Virus record (IMG/VR): IMGVR_UViG_3300009481_000004
Span: 1 to 34,942 of that record
Strand: one strand, 5' to 3'
Source of the DNA: a virus
DNA length: 34,942 bases
A program made the translations under genes and the position numbers. Each line of letters begins with the position of its first letter. Position 1 is the first letter of the stretch. Of this stretch, positions 15,597-23,450 are shown piece by piece. The notes beneath the pieces are model-generated. The model ran no database searches and had not been told where the DNA came from. It was given only the letters and a program-made list of their open reading frames with translations.

Positions 15597-17447
15597 CTAA
15601 TCGTTAAAACTATCCAATTCAGTTTCCAATTTGCGATATTGCCCATGTCCAATCTTGGCAACTAAACCTTGATTAATCATACGATCCAACCATCTCGCAA
15701 CCGCGTTATTACTACTAACTGAAACCACAGATTCCAACGCAGCCTTGAACATTTCTCTGCTAAAGTTCTGCCCTTCTGTCGCAATTGCCTGCAATACTTT
15801 TTCTTCTACTGACTCCTTCGGGTCCGTATACCAGAACATTTCATTCTTTGGCAACGGCTTCAAGTATTCAAAATACAGATCACCATCACTGATATTATGC
15901 AACTTAACTCCAACTGGCACACCGTGAAGATCATTCTGGCTCCGCACCTTCGTGATCTTCATCACCTTTAATCCAGGCATACGATTGCTACTCGCAAGCT
16001 GTACGATACCATCCAGATGATTCGTGTACGCACTCCCGCCCAACATCATACTCACATCCAATGGACTCGCCTCGCCTAGCTTCTTATGATGCGATACCAT
16101 CAGAATAGCCACCTTGTGCTTGTTCTTCATATTCACCATCGTACGCAACAGGTCCATAACATCATCGTTCTTGCTCACATTCTTATTGGTACTTGTATAC
16201 AAGTTATCCACCACCAACACTTCACATGGGTCAAAGGTTAGATTCGCGTCCATTTCTTCCCATTTATCGGTGAAGACATTGTTCTGCCCACTGCTTAAGA
16301 TACTTAGGTTCTTATCGAACCGCTCCGCTTCCACAGGATACTTCTTAACAAAATGCATTGCGGTCCGCTCGATCAACTGCTTGAAACTCTCATCCTTCAA
16401 CTCAAACTGCACATGCATAACCTTCCTAGGCTTCGGTATTCTAAAGCCTAAGAACGGCACTCCTAAAGCCAAACACGTGGACAACTGCAAGCTCATCACC
16501 GACTTACCTACGTTCGTACCACCTGCAAGGCCCATAATGTCCTTCTCAAAGAACAGATCCTCAATGATAGGTTCTGGCATCTTGACGAAGGTCTTAGCAA
16601 ACTGCGATGGACTAAAGCTACGCATCCCGCCAATGTCCTCTGGTTTGTCACCATACCGCACGCAACACACCAACAACTCATCTAGTGTATGGCCATCGCT
16701 GAACCAATCGGTAAGGTCATACCTTGAAGGCTTCTCATCCCACTGCATAACATACAACTCAACCTTATGCTCGAATAGCTTTCTAGCGAGTTTTTTAGCA
16801 CCTTCCTCGCCTTTTTCGTCATTATCGTACACTATGTATACCTTATTATATCTAGACGGCAAGGTTAGTTTAGCAGGCAGCGCACCCGCACCTGACGTAT
16901 AGGTCAGAGCGGATGCGCCATTGCAGTATGCGGTGACAGCGTCTTTCTCGCCTTCGCAGATCACAAGTGTGGAGAGAGATAGATGCGGAGTCTCAAACGC
17001 CTTGCATTCCGCGTCACCGAACTGCGGTCCTTTATGAAATTTTACATGATTCTCATTGATCTGGAACACCAACTGCGCATTCTTCTTATCGTCACGCCTT
17101 ACGCCAATGGGCAGGTCTAAGCACTTCTCGTTCCAAGGCAACTCCAACTCATCCACCGCCCTCTGCCAATGCGCAACGAATGTATCCCGCGCACTTGCAT
17201 AGCCACTCTTTTTGACCTCTTTTGACTCGACTTTGACCTTGGTGTTGGTCAGCTTATATTCTACCTTCGGGGTTTGTACTGTCTTTTCACTGAAATCCCA
17301 ACTGGCCTGACACTTGTGGCAGTAGGCATACTCACCATTGATCTGCACCGTGCCTTGCTTGCGCACTGTACCATCATCACATTCTGGACACCGTGCGCGT
17401 TTGCCGTTTTGAGTTATGTGTGAAAAGACATCTACTGCACTCCTCAA
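15597..17447 (-). CDS. Bifunctional DNA primase-helicase, 616 aa
   Basis: N-terminal zinc finger CPEC...CHKC. TOPRIM motifs VICEGEKD and YDNDEKGEEG. Walker A GGTNVGKS and Walker B LVVDNLY. The C-terminal approx 80 aa look like a winged helix (AVARWLDRMINQGLVAKIGHGQY). Confidence 0.9.
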   Translation of the reverse strand: MRSAVDVFSHITQNGKRARCPECDDGTVRKQGTVQINGEYAYCHKCQASWDFSEKTVQTPKVEYKLTNTKVKVESKEVKKSGYASARDTFVAHWQRAVDELELPWNEKCLDLPIGVRRDDKKNAQLVFQINENHVKFHKGPQFGDAECKAFETPHLSLSTLVICEGEKDAVTAYCNGASALTYTSGAGALPAKLTLPSRYNKVYIVYDNDEKGEEGAKKLARKLFEHKVELYVMQWDEKPSRYDLTDWFSDGHTLDELLVCCVRYGDKPEDIGGMRSFSPSQFAKTFVKMPEPIIEDLFFEKDIMGLAGGTNVGKSVMSLQLSTCLALGVPFLGFRIPKPRKVMHVQFELKDESFKQLIERTAMHFVKKYPVEAERFDKNLSILSSGQNNVFTDKWEEMDANLTFDPCEVLVVDNLYTSTNKNVSKNDDVMDLLRTMVNMKNKHKVAILMVSHHKKLGEASPLDVSMMLGGSAYTNHLDGIVQLASSNRMPGLKVMKITKVRSQNDLHGVPVGVKLHNISDGDLYFEYLKPLPKNEMFWYTDPKESVEEKVLQAIATEGQNFSREMFKAALESVVSVSSNNAVARWLDRMINQGLVAKIGHGQYRKLETELDSFND

Positions 17448-18100
17448 AACTTCCTACGTAAGTTGTACAATGCACATAAATGTCTGAACGCCTGCGCACC
17501 TGCATCCAACTTATCGCGACTGATCACATGCTTATGGAATTTTCCATCTTCCTTACCAAACCGCATGATCACACCGTACTTCACATCCGCCTTGGGTTGC
17601 GCAGCTTCGTACATCAATGTGTATGCACCTAACTGAATCATCATTTCTGGATACGGTCCACCTTTGGATGTCTTCCAATCCACTATCACAAGCTCGTCAT
17701 CTATCTTCCCAAGACAATCCACCGTACCGCCAACGCGCAACTCCTCATTGACCAACGCAAACTCGTTGGCAAGTACCTTGAAGTTTGCCTGATCATACCA
17801 GTTACGAAAACCTACAAATGCTTTTAGTGCCTGCTGTTCTTGGTTTGGTGTGTAATCTCGCGTATCCACCGTGAATCCTTCTAGGTAACCATGTATCATC
17901 AAATGTGTCAATGTACCTATGTCACCTGCGTCACGCATCACCGCATCTGCGTCCTCGCCTTGAGCCGTTATCCGCTTGGCCCATGCGATAAGTGTATTCT
18001 TATTCCATCCTAACTGATTGTTGATGATGGTAGTCACGCTCGCTGCGCGCTTGCCGTCACCAAGCACATAGTTTTGACCGTGTAACTTTGTTTTACTCAT
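17444..18100 (-). CDS. PD-(D/E)XK exonuclease (RecB/Cas4-like, no Fe-S cysteines), 218 aa
   Basis: GTLTH, then E-x-n-GTVDCLG, IVDWKTS and QLGAY, the classic motif order of phage exonucleases. ATGA overlap with the primase-helicase gene. Confidence 0.78.
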   Translation of the reverse strand: MSKTKLHGQNYVLGDGKRAASVTTIINNQLGWNKNTLIAWAKRITAQGEDADAVMRDAGDIGTLTHLMIHGYLEGFTVDTRDYTPNQEQQALKAFVGFRNWYDQANFKVLANEFALVNEELRVGGTVDCLGKIDDELVIVDWKTSKGGPYPEMMIQLGAYTLMYEAAQPKADVKYGVIMRFGKEDGKFHKHVISRDKLDAGAQAFRHLCALYNLRRKF

Positions 18101-18227
18101 CGATGTATCTCTCCTTTAGTTCAGTAATAATTAAAAATGAAACTCCAAATGCCAACGCCCAGAACAATAGTCCTAAACCCAACACTAATATATTTGCTAC
18201 CCACTCTGCTATATCAAACATGATCAT
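18093..18227 (-). CDS. Small membrane protein, 44 aa (start moved to an internal ATG)
   Basis: The ATG at 18227 overlaps the upstream TGA as ATGA, with AAGGAG 7-8 nt upstream. TM segment ANILVLGLGLLFWALAFGVSFLII. The first 32 codons of the track ORF overlap the next small ORF. Confidence 0.5.
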   Translation of the reverse strand: MIMFDIAEWVANILVLGLGLLFWALAFGVSFLIITELKERYIDE

Positions 18228-18379
18228 TTTCCACTCCTTATCTCTTCGATTATCTCTTCCTTTAACTGTTTTAAATACCAGCGCATCAAGAAATGCGTAG
18301 CAAATATCGCTACACCTATCCAAACCACTTGAAACACATCAAATGCATTCTCTTGTAATGACTCTAACCAAAATGTCAT
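18224..18379 (-). CDS. Small membrane protein, 51 aa (below the ORF-track cut-off)
   Basis: The ATG at 18379 overlaps the methyltransferase TGA as ATGA. Translation is MTFWLESLQENAFDVFQVVWIGVAIFATHFLMRWYLKQLKEEIIEEIRSGK. Confidence 0.5.
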   Translation of the reverse strand: MTFWLESLQENAFDVFQVVWIGVAIFATHFLMRWYLKQLKEEIIEEIRSGK

Positions 18380-20124
18380 ACTAACTCCTTTTCCTTTATG
18401 ATTGTAGCAACGGCTTGGACCACATCCACGGTCACTGCGTTGCCTGCCTGCTTATATCTTTGTGTGTCACTCATCTCCACCACCTTACCATCCATCACAC
18501 CATACTTGTTATGGTCATCGCTAAAACCTTGTAAACGATTGCATTCAACTGGCGTGAGTCTGCGTATACTTGTATTGATTTTCACTCCATGCTGATCTTG
18601 TTGCGTTAACGTAAACATATCCTCACCGTCTTCCTTAAATCTTCTACCATTTTGTCGTTTTTCTGCACGATTTGGCGTTAATACTGGTTGTATCGTATAC
18701 TGCTGCATACCTGTATCCAATGTCTGTGCTTCACCTTTACCTACTCTACCTCGCCTGGTCTTACTATTAGGCACAGATAGATTAATAGAATCACCTTCCT
18801 CTGCTTCTGCGTAGCCTTTCTTCGTGGCTTCTAAAATAGATATTTTTGGAGAATTTGATGAACCAATACCGCCATGTTTTTTATTACTTGTCGTTCCACT
18901 TTTCAATGTTGGTGCAATACCTAATGTGTCATAAACATTACCATTCTCTCCACCGCTTGGATAAATATTACCAACCTTTTTTACTTTCTTCGTGGCTTCT
19001 GGAATTTGATAATATCCACTATCATGCGTGTCCAATGTTTTACTGATACCATCTGTCGAGTATACACGCCTAGAAGATTCAAACTCTACTTCCTTTTCAT
19101 ATATTTCTGTCACTTGTTTGTCATAAGTATTATCAAATTGAAGTATTGTTTTTAGAGTCATCCAATCTTTTGGATTTGGTATTGCTCTGTATTTGTCACT
19201 ACGAAAATAATGCTCTACTTGAGTTTTGGGTAATTTTGTGCTTTTTGCAATTTCGCCTATGGTTTTTCCATTCTTATTAGCCTTTAAATATTCGTTTATT
19301 TCTGGTGGCGTATCGTGACTGCGTTTTTTTGCAGTAATTTTTAACTCTCCAACCTGATACAACCCAGTTTTCGCTCCCATACCGCCACCATCGGTTAAGG
19401 TTCTTGAGATTCCATTGGCATCATATACTCGTGTGGCTTCGCTGTCTTTACCTATTGTGCCGATTTGATTTAATTCTGAAATCATAGTCATTCCTTTGTA
19501 GTTGCCACCTGAGTGTCCTGGATGTTGGAGTGTACTTGCGACTTTTGCATTCCTGTTGTCAGAGATTGCACCTGGTTCTCCGATAGGAAATACTTGTGGT
19601 CCACCTCGGTTTCCAATATATCCGACAATGTATATCCGCTCTCTATTTTGGGGTAGCCACCAGCGAGTATTAAGTAGTTGGAACTCAATGGTATACCCAA
19701 GGTCACTAAGAATTCTGTAGATGACAGCAAATGTGCGTCCATCATCGTGACTAAGTAAGCCTTTAACATTTTCGAGTACCAGACATCGGATCGGTCTTTT
19801 GTTTTCGACATAATAAGTGAGAAGCCGTGCAATTTCAAAAAAGAGAGTACCTCTAGTGTCATCAAATCCGAGTCGCTTTCCAGCCACGCTGAATGCTTGG
19901 CAAGGAAATCCTCCACAAAGGATGTCAATGTTATCTGGCAGATCTCTTCTTGGTCGAATAAGTTTAATGTCACCTAGCTCCTCACTTTCTTTATAATTAT
20001 ATCCATACACCGCGCTGGCATATTTGTCTATCTCACTATAGCCTACCCAATCAAACTCATAGCCTGCGCGCTTAAAACCTTCGTGGAATCCACCGATACC
20101 ACTAAATAGATCAAGCAGTTTCAT
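18376..20124 (-). CDS. DNA (cytosine-5) methyltransferase, 582 aa, with an approx 340-aa variable region holding multiple TRD-like modules (candidate multispecific enzyme)
   Basis: Motif I FSGIGG, IV GFPCQAFS, VI ENV, VIII QNRER, IX RRLTPVECNRLQGF, X GNAV. Between VIII and IX there are six T-L motifs. Three are in the full [RN]VY[DS]xxGI[SA]xTL context. Confidence 0.93.
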   Translation of the reverse strand: MKLLDLFSGIGGFHEGFKRAGYEFDWVGYSEIDKYASAVYGYNYKESEELGDIKLIRPRRDLPDNIDILCGGFPCQAFSVAGKRLGFDDTRGTLFFEIARLLTYYVENKRPIRCLVLENVKGLLSHDDGRTFAVIYRILSDLGYTIEFQLLNTRWWLPQNRERIYIVGYIGNRGGPQVFPIGEPGAISDNRNAKVASTLQHPGHSGGNYKGMTMISELNQIGTIGKDSEATRVYDANGISRTLTDGGGMGAKTGLYQVGELKITAKKRSHDTPPEINEYLKANKNGKTIGEIAKSTKLPKTQVEHYFRSDKYRAIPNPKDWMTLKTILQFDNTYDKQVTEIYEKEVEFESSRRVYSTDGISKTLDTHDSGYYQIPEATKKVKKVGNIYPSGGENGNVYDTLGIAPTLKSGTTSNKKHGGIGSSNSPKISILEATKKGYAEAEEGDSINLSVPNSKTRRGRVGKGEAQTLDTGMQQYTIQPVLTPNRAEKRQNGRRFKEDGEDMFTLTQQDQHGVKINTSIRRLTPVECNRLQGFSDDHNKYGVMDGKVVEMSDTQRYKQAGNAVTVDVVQAVATIIKEKELV

Positions 20125-20572
20125 ATTTTTCTAATATAATGTGTTTGTTTACTTTTGTCATTCCACATTCTCTCCATCCTGCCTTTTTAAAACAGTATCC
20201 AGGATTAACTGATTTGATTTTTTCTGCATTGACGTAGGTATAGTGCCTGCAATCAGACCAGACTGCAAAAGCAATTTCATCCGCTTGTTGAATAAGTGCG
20301 CTGCTTTTTGTTTTCGATTCATTTCTGAAGATAGAACAATTAATTCCTTTTTCTCCTGCGTCATTTATATATTTTCTCCATACAAACATTGCATCACATT
20401 CCCATGTTCTAAGCACGATCTTCTCACCTGGTCCACAAAACAATTTTGTTTTACGTCCATCAGCATATGGCCTATGACTATAATGTTTTTTAAATAGATC
20501 CATACAATATTCATCACCATCTTTAGTTAAATACCAATATCTTTTCAAACCCGACATGGTAGCGTCCACCAA
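20111..20572 (-). CDS. Conserved-looking hypothetical protein, 153 aa, coupled to the C5 methyltransferase
   Basis: Contains GINCSIFRNE and NPGYCFKKAGW. Its 3' end overlaps the methyltransferase start by 14 nt. The track start is TTG at 20572; an ATG is available at 20557. Confidence 0.6.
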   Translation of the reverse strand: MVDATMSGLKRYWYLTKDGDEYCMDLFKKHYSHRPYADGRKTKLFCGPGEKIVLRTWECDAMFVWRKYINDAGEKGINCSIFRNESKTKSSALIQQADEIAFAVWSDCRHYTYVNAEKIKSVNPGYCFKKAGWRECGMTKVNKHIILEKYETA

Positions 20573-20587
20573 GCCAATGTCATCCTT

Positions 20588-20833
20588 TTATACATTCGCA
20601 CTTTTGTCGGGTTTGCACTTCTTACATATTTTTCTTGGTTTGCCGTAACTCACAAAATCTTCATAATAGTGCGTATAATCCTGCCAGTTGACTCGCGATG
20701 GTTCGTAGCACCTATTGCAACTAGTACAATAGAATATGGTTTTGTCCGCAAGTTCCGCATCTAAATTTCTCTTCTGTTCTCTCTTTTTGAATACATGCTG
20801 TCTTCTTCCGCCAAACACGACATAACTAGCCAT
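20588..20833 (-). CDS. Zinc-ribbon protein, 81 aa
   Basis: CTSCNRC ... CKKC cysteine pairs. Confidence 0.6.
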   Translation of the reverse strand: MASYVVFGGRRQHVFKKREQKRNLDAELADKTIFYCTSCNRCYEPSRVNWQDYTHYYEDFVSYGKPRKICKKCKPDKSANV

Positions 20834-21041
20834 ATATCAACTCCTTTATCTTATTGGTTAGGTCTAGCTCCTTTCCACTCTTATTGACTAGACACGCAAA
20901 AAATACCTCGGAATTCTTTCTACGCTTCATAAATAACTTCATCTCCCGCGCAAGCTCGTCCAGATCATCTGCTTTAATGATATGGTCTTCCCACTCGCCA
21001 ACCTCGTTATCAAATGCTATACTGCCTGCGTAATGTTTCAT
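20826..21041 (-). CDS. Hypothetical protein, 71 aa
   Basis: ORF with a TAATG-type junction to the upstream gene. Confidence 0.6.
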   Translation of the reverse strand: MKHYAGSIAFDNEVGEWEDHIIKADDLDELAREMKLFMKRRKNSEVFFACLVNKSGKELDLTNKIKELIYG

Positions 21042-21427
21042 TAACTAAACTCTGGAAACCGTTCATATGAATAGAACCACTTCCTGCCTTTTGTTTGATT
21101 GTTCTTGCCAGTTGTTATTGCAAGGCTTAATCCATGTGAGTTATCATATGGATAGTATGCAATAATATCTTTTGGTAAAAAGTACACTGCAACCACATCA
21201 ATGCGATGTGTGTTCTTATACTTATGTAGATTAACTTCGATAGAAGTACCGCGATTCAGCTTCATTACTGTTTTAACCTGCACACGTTTCATCGCACCAT
21301 TGCTGAGTTCAACCACTAGGTCTACCTGATCAACATCCACTAATGGTTCGTAGACATTATATCCTTGCTCCAGCAGATCTTTCTTTACTGCCAACTCACC
21401 CAATGCGCCTTTATTAAGGCTATGCAA
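21041..21427 (-). CDS. PD-(D/E)XK endonuclease-fold protein, approx 128 aa (start reassigned)
   Basis: GALGELAV...YEPLVDVDQVDLVVE...RVQVKT gives the E / D / (Q)xK core. TTG at 21427 has GGTGGA 5 nt upstream and overlaps the upstream stop by 8 nt. Alternative ATG starts at 21481 and 21505 lack an SD. The track start at 21763 would overlay 344 nt of the upstream gene. Confidence 0.6.
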   Translation of the reverse strand: MHSLNKGALGELAVKKDLLEQGYNVYEPLVDVDQVDLVVELSNGAMKRVQVKTVMKLNRGTSIEVNLHKYKNTHRIDVVAVYFLPKDIIAYYPYDNSHGLSLAITTGKNNQTKGRKWFYSYERFPEFS

Positions 21428-21887
21428 AAATGTCCACCATTGAACTGAGTTGACTTTGCTCCAAGATATACTTCGGACCATATCCCATGTCTTGTATATT
21501 GACATCTTGTAGTAGGTCACTTGAACGCGCACCACCAAGGATGGTAAATGTTGGAAATGAAACGTGAACCAGAATGAACACGTCACAGTCCTCAACTTTC
21601 TTCTTGGTCTTTGCTTGTAGGTATCCAGGATTATAGGAAGTGGTCTTGACATCCACCTTGTTGCCTTTGACCTTGAGGTCGTATCCGCTGAAGTGCGGAC
21701 CAATACTGAGGTCGGGATATCGATTAAAGTATTTACAAACTGCGATCTCACCACCTGCTCCATTTATGTCAGGTTCAAGTCTTCGTGGTCCTTGTGAGAT
21801 CACTCCATTGGTCTGGTTCTGGAGCATTCTCGCAGTTCCTGTCTGCACCGCTATCTGTGCTTCTAGGTTGTTCAGTGTTATTTGCAT
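21420..21887 (-). CDS. Second PD-(D/E)XK-like nuclease-fold protein, 155 aa
   Basis: GAGGEIAVCKYF ... YDLKVKGNKVDVKT. The ATG at 21887 has GAGGAA 7 nt upstream. The track start at 21917 has no SD. Confidence 0.55.
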   Translation of the reverse strand: MQITLNNLEAQIAVQTGTARMLQNQTNGVISQGPRRLEPDINGAGGEIAVCKYFNRYPDLSIGPHFSGYDLKVKGNKVDVKTTSYNPGYLQAKTKKKVEDCDVFILVHVSFPTFTILGGARSSDLLQDVNIQDMGYGPKYILEQSQLSSMVDIFA

Positions 21888-22197
21888 GTGGTTGTTCCTC
21901 GTGGTCGAGTGCGGCATAAAGCACCATATAGTTCACCACATCAAGACATCGTTGGTATGTGGTTTCATCGCTGTAGGTCTTGCCTGTTTTTGCATCGTTG
22001 CATAGTGCATCGACATGTTTCAATATATATACCATCATTGACTGCTTTGCTGTGTTTCCAAGTCGCTCCGCAACGTGCTTGAAATTGTAGAATTTATCTT
22101 CGTTACTAATGGTATATTCTATTGATTTACTATCGCTTATCTTTGCTGCGATATTAAAAAACTTACTTCTAAACTTATCGTATTCATCGTATTTCAT
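21775..22197 (-). CDS. All-alpha MazG-like / DUF1599-like protein, 140 aa, with a low-complexity C-terminal tail
   Basis: The ATG at 22197 is preceded by [18 protein letters not shown]...ILKHVDAL...[21 protein letters not shown] matches the MazG/DUF1599 helix pattern. The last 37 codons overlap the next gene. Confidence 0.55.
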   Translation of the reverse strand: MKYDEYDKFRSKFFNIAAKISDSKSIEYTISNEDKFYNFKHVAERLGNTAKQSMMVYILKHVDALCNDAKTGKTYSDETTYQRCLDVVNYMVLYAALDHEEQPHANNTEQPRSTDSGADRNCENAPEPDQWSDLTRTTKT

Positions 22198-22645
22198 TTT
22201 TACTCTCCAAACAATATTCACAAATAGAATCTTCACACATAATACACTCTGCATTCTCTGGCTTTAATATTAATAAGACACATGGTTGTCTATCAAACTT
22301 CCTTGCAGGATTTGGTTCTCCATCTTCTAGTGCTAACCATTGTGGCAGACCTGCATATCTTATCTCTGCGCCATAATCACCTAATATTGCAATCCCACGA
22401 TTACAGAACAGTGGCAAGATAAATACAACTAATTTACCGTTTTGATGCTCTTCCATGCCTTTACGCACCCACTTCATAACTCCACCAACAAATGGTGGAT
22501 TTACATAGTTACGCTGACCCCAGTCCACCTTTAAACCATCGTAACCTTCTGGTCTAGGATGTGGACATGGATCATAATCAAAATCAAATTCATCGTTTAA
22601 TTCTTTCATCATATCTGGCGGTGTTGCCCAATATCTTTTTTTCAA
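22184..22645 (-). CDS. Small phage Dam-type DNA N6-adenine methyltransferase, 153 aa
   Basis: [23 protein letters not shown] ... DGLKVDW ... NPPF (motif IV). The TTG start is supported by GAGAGAGTAAA immediately upstream. Confidence 0.72.
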   Translation of the reverse strand: MKKRYWATPPDMMKELNDEFDFDYDPCPHPRPEGYDGLKVDWGQRNYVNPPFVGGVMKWVRKGMEEHQNGKLVVFILPLFCNRGIAILGDYGAEIRYAGLPQWLALEDGEPNPARKFDRQPCVLLILKPENAECIMCEDSICEYCLESKNEIR

Positions 22646-22875
22646 TTTACTCTCTCTTTTTTTATTATATCATCATACTCATGTTGTAAGATGTGAAATG
22701 CTAAATTAATAAGTCCAATTATGCCTACTAAAGTAAATACGTGCGCAGACTTTCCATTCCTATCCTCCAACTCAATTGGTATAATTTTTGTTTGATCTGG
22801 ATATAAGTCTGGATTTGCTAAACTCATTAAAAATAATGCATGTTTTTCGCCATCAGATAAGTTAGCTTTTTTCAT
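22642..22875 (-). CDS. Hypothetical protein with one TM segment, 77 aa
   Basis: GGAGAGAGTA immediately upstream of the ATG. TM segment [18 protein letters not shown]. Confidence 0.6.
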   Translation of the reverse strand: MKKANLSDGEKHALFLMSLANPDLYPDQTKIIPIELEDRNGKSAHVFTLVGIIGLINLAFHILQHEYDDIIKKERVN

Positions 22876-23062
22876 TACTCTCTCCTTTCTTTTCTATTCT
22901 TCTCAATATCTCATCGCATGTATCCATTGCTATCTCCATGCGAGTATCTTCGTTCAATACGATTTTAGACATTTCTGTAACTGCGTGTTGTTTTAATACC
23001 TTATCAATACACTCACTTACTAGAAATACCATTGCTGCTTTAGGTTTCATTGGATATGGCAT
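22862..23062 (-). CDS. Hypothetical protein, 66 aa (start moved to an internal ATG)
   Basis: The ATG at 23062 is preceded by AAGGAGAGAGTA. The track start at 23125 would overlap the resolvase gene by 53 nt. Confidence 0.55.
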   Translation of the reverse strand: MPYPMKPKAAMVFLVSECIDKVLKQHAVTEMSKIVLNEDTRMEIAMDTCDEILRRIEKKGESNEKS

Positions 23063-23072
23063 TACTCTCTCC

Positions 23073-23450
23073 TTATAGTTTAGCGGAGCCATGACTATCA
23101 CGATCATTAGACACGCCATTTTCATGGTTATGGGTTTCTACGGCTCCGCTATTAAATAAATTCTTCATCCACTCATGCTTGACTATCCAGAGCCAAGGCT
23201 TTCTATCTTGGCGGACCATCACTACGTCCGCATTCTTAAAATCTAAGAATCCTGCAATCTTCTTTCTTCGTTTAACCTGCACTCGTATGGTCAGGTCACC
23301 TTTGGTAGCTTTAACATCTATATCACTTTTCTCGCCAAAGCTACGACCATCACTGCCCCAACTTCGTTCGGCTATGAAGCCGAGATCGCGGAGCAATTCA
23401 ACGACCTCGACTTCACCTTTGTAGCCTTTTCGGGATGCGGAAGAAGGCAT
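23073..23450 (-). CDS. Hjc-type Holliday-junction resolvase / PD-(D/E)XK nuclease, 125 aa
   Basis: KGYKGEVEVVELLRDLGF...SWGSDG...DIDVKA...VQVKRRK, the archaeal-Hjc-like motif order. Confidence 0.68.
   Translation of the reverse strand: MPSSASRKGYKGEVEVVELLRDLGFIAERSWGSDGRSFGEKSDIDVKATKGDLTIRVQVKRRKKIAGFLDFKNADVVMVRQDRKPWLWIVKHEWMKNLFNSGAVETHNHENGVSNDRDSHGSAKL

Noticed and set aside
16114-16902. 262-aa plus-strand ORF antisense to the primase-helicase gene
   Set aside because: It lies wholly inside a gene with unambiguous motifs. Its composition is Ser/Leu/Phe-rich and low in complexity, it has no ribosome-binding site, and it has no partner genes on that strand. It is the typical shadow ORF of a long gene.
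19488-19973. 161-aa same-strand alternative-frame ORF inside the C5 methyltransferase catalytic domain
   Set aside because: It overlaps motifs I-VIII of a clearly functional enzyme. It has no ribosome-binding site and no recognisable motif. I treat it as chance, although only ribosome profiling could exclude it.
21428-21763. N-terminal 112-codon extension of the second nuclease ORF (track start at 21763)
   Set aside because: The extension overlays the well-formed first nuclease gene in another frame and has an Arg/Ser/Thr-rich junk-like sequence. A TTG with GGTGGA at 21427 gives a protein that starts right before the conserved G-x-x-GE motif.
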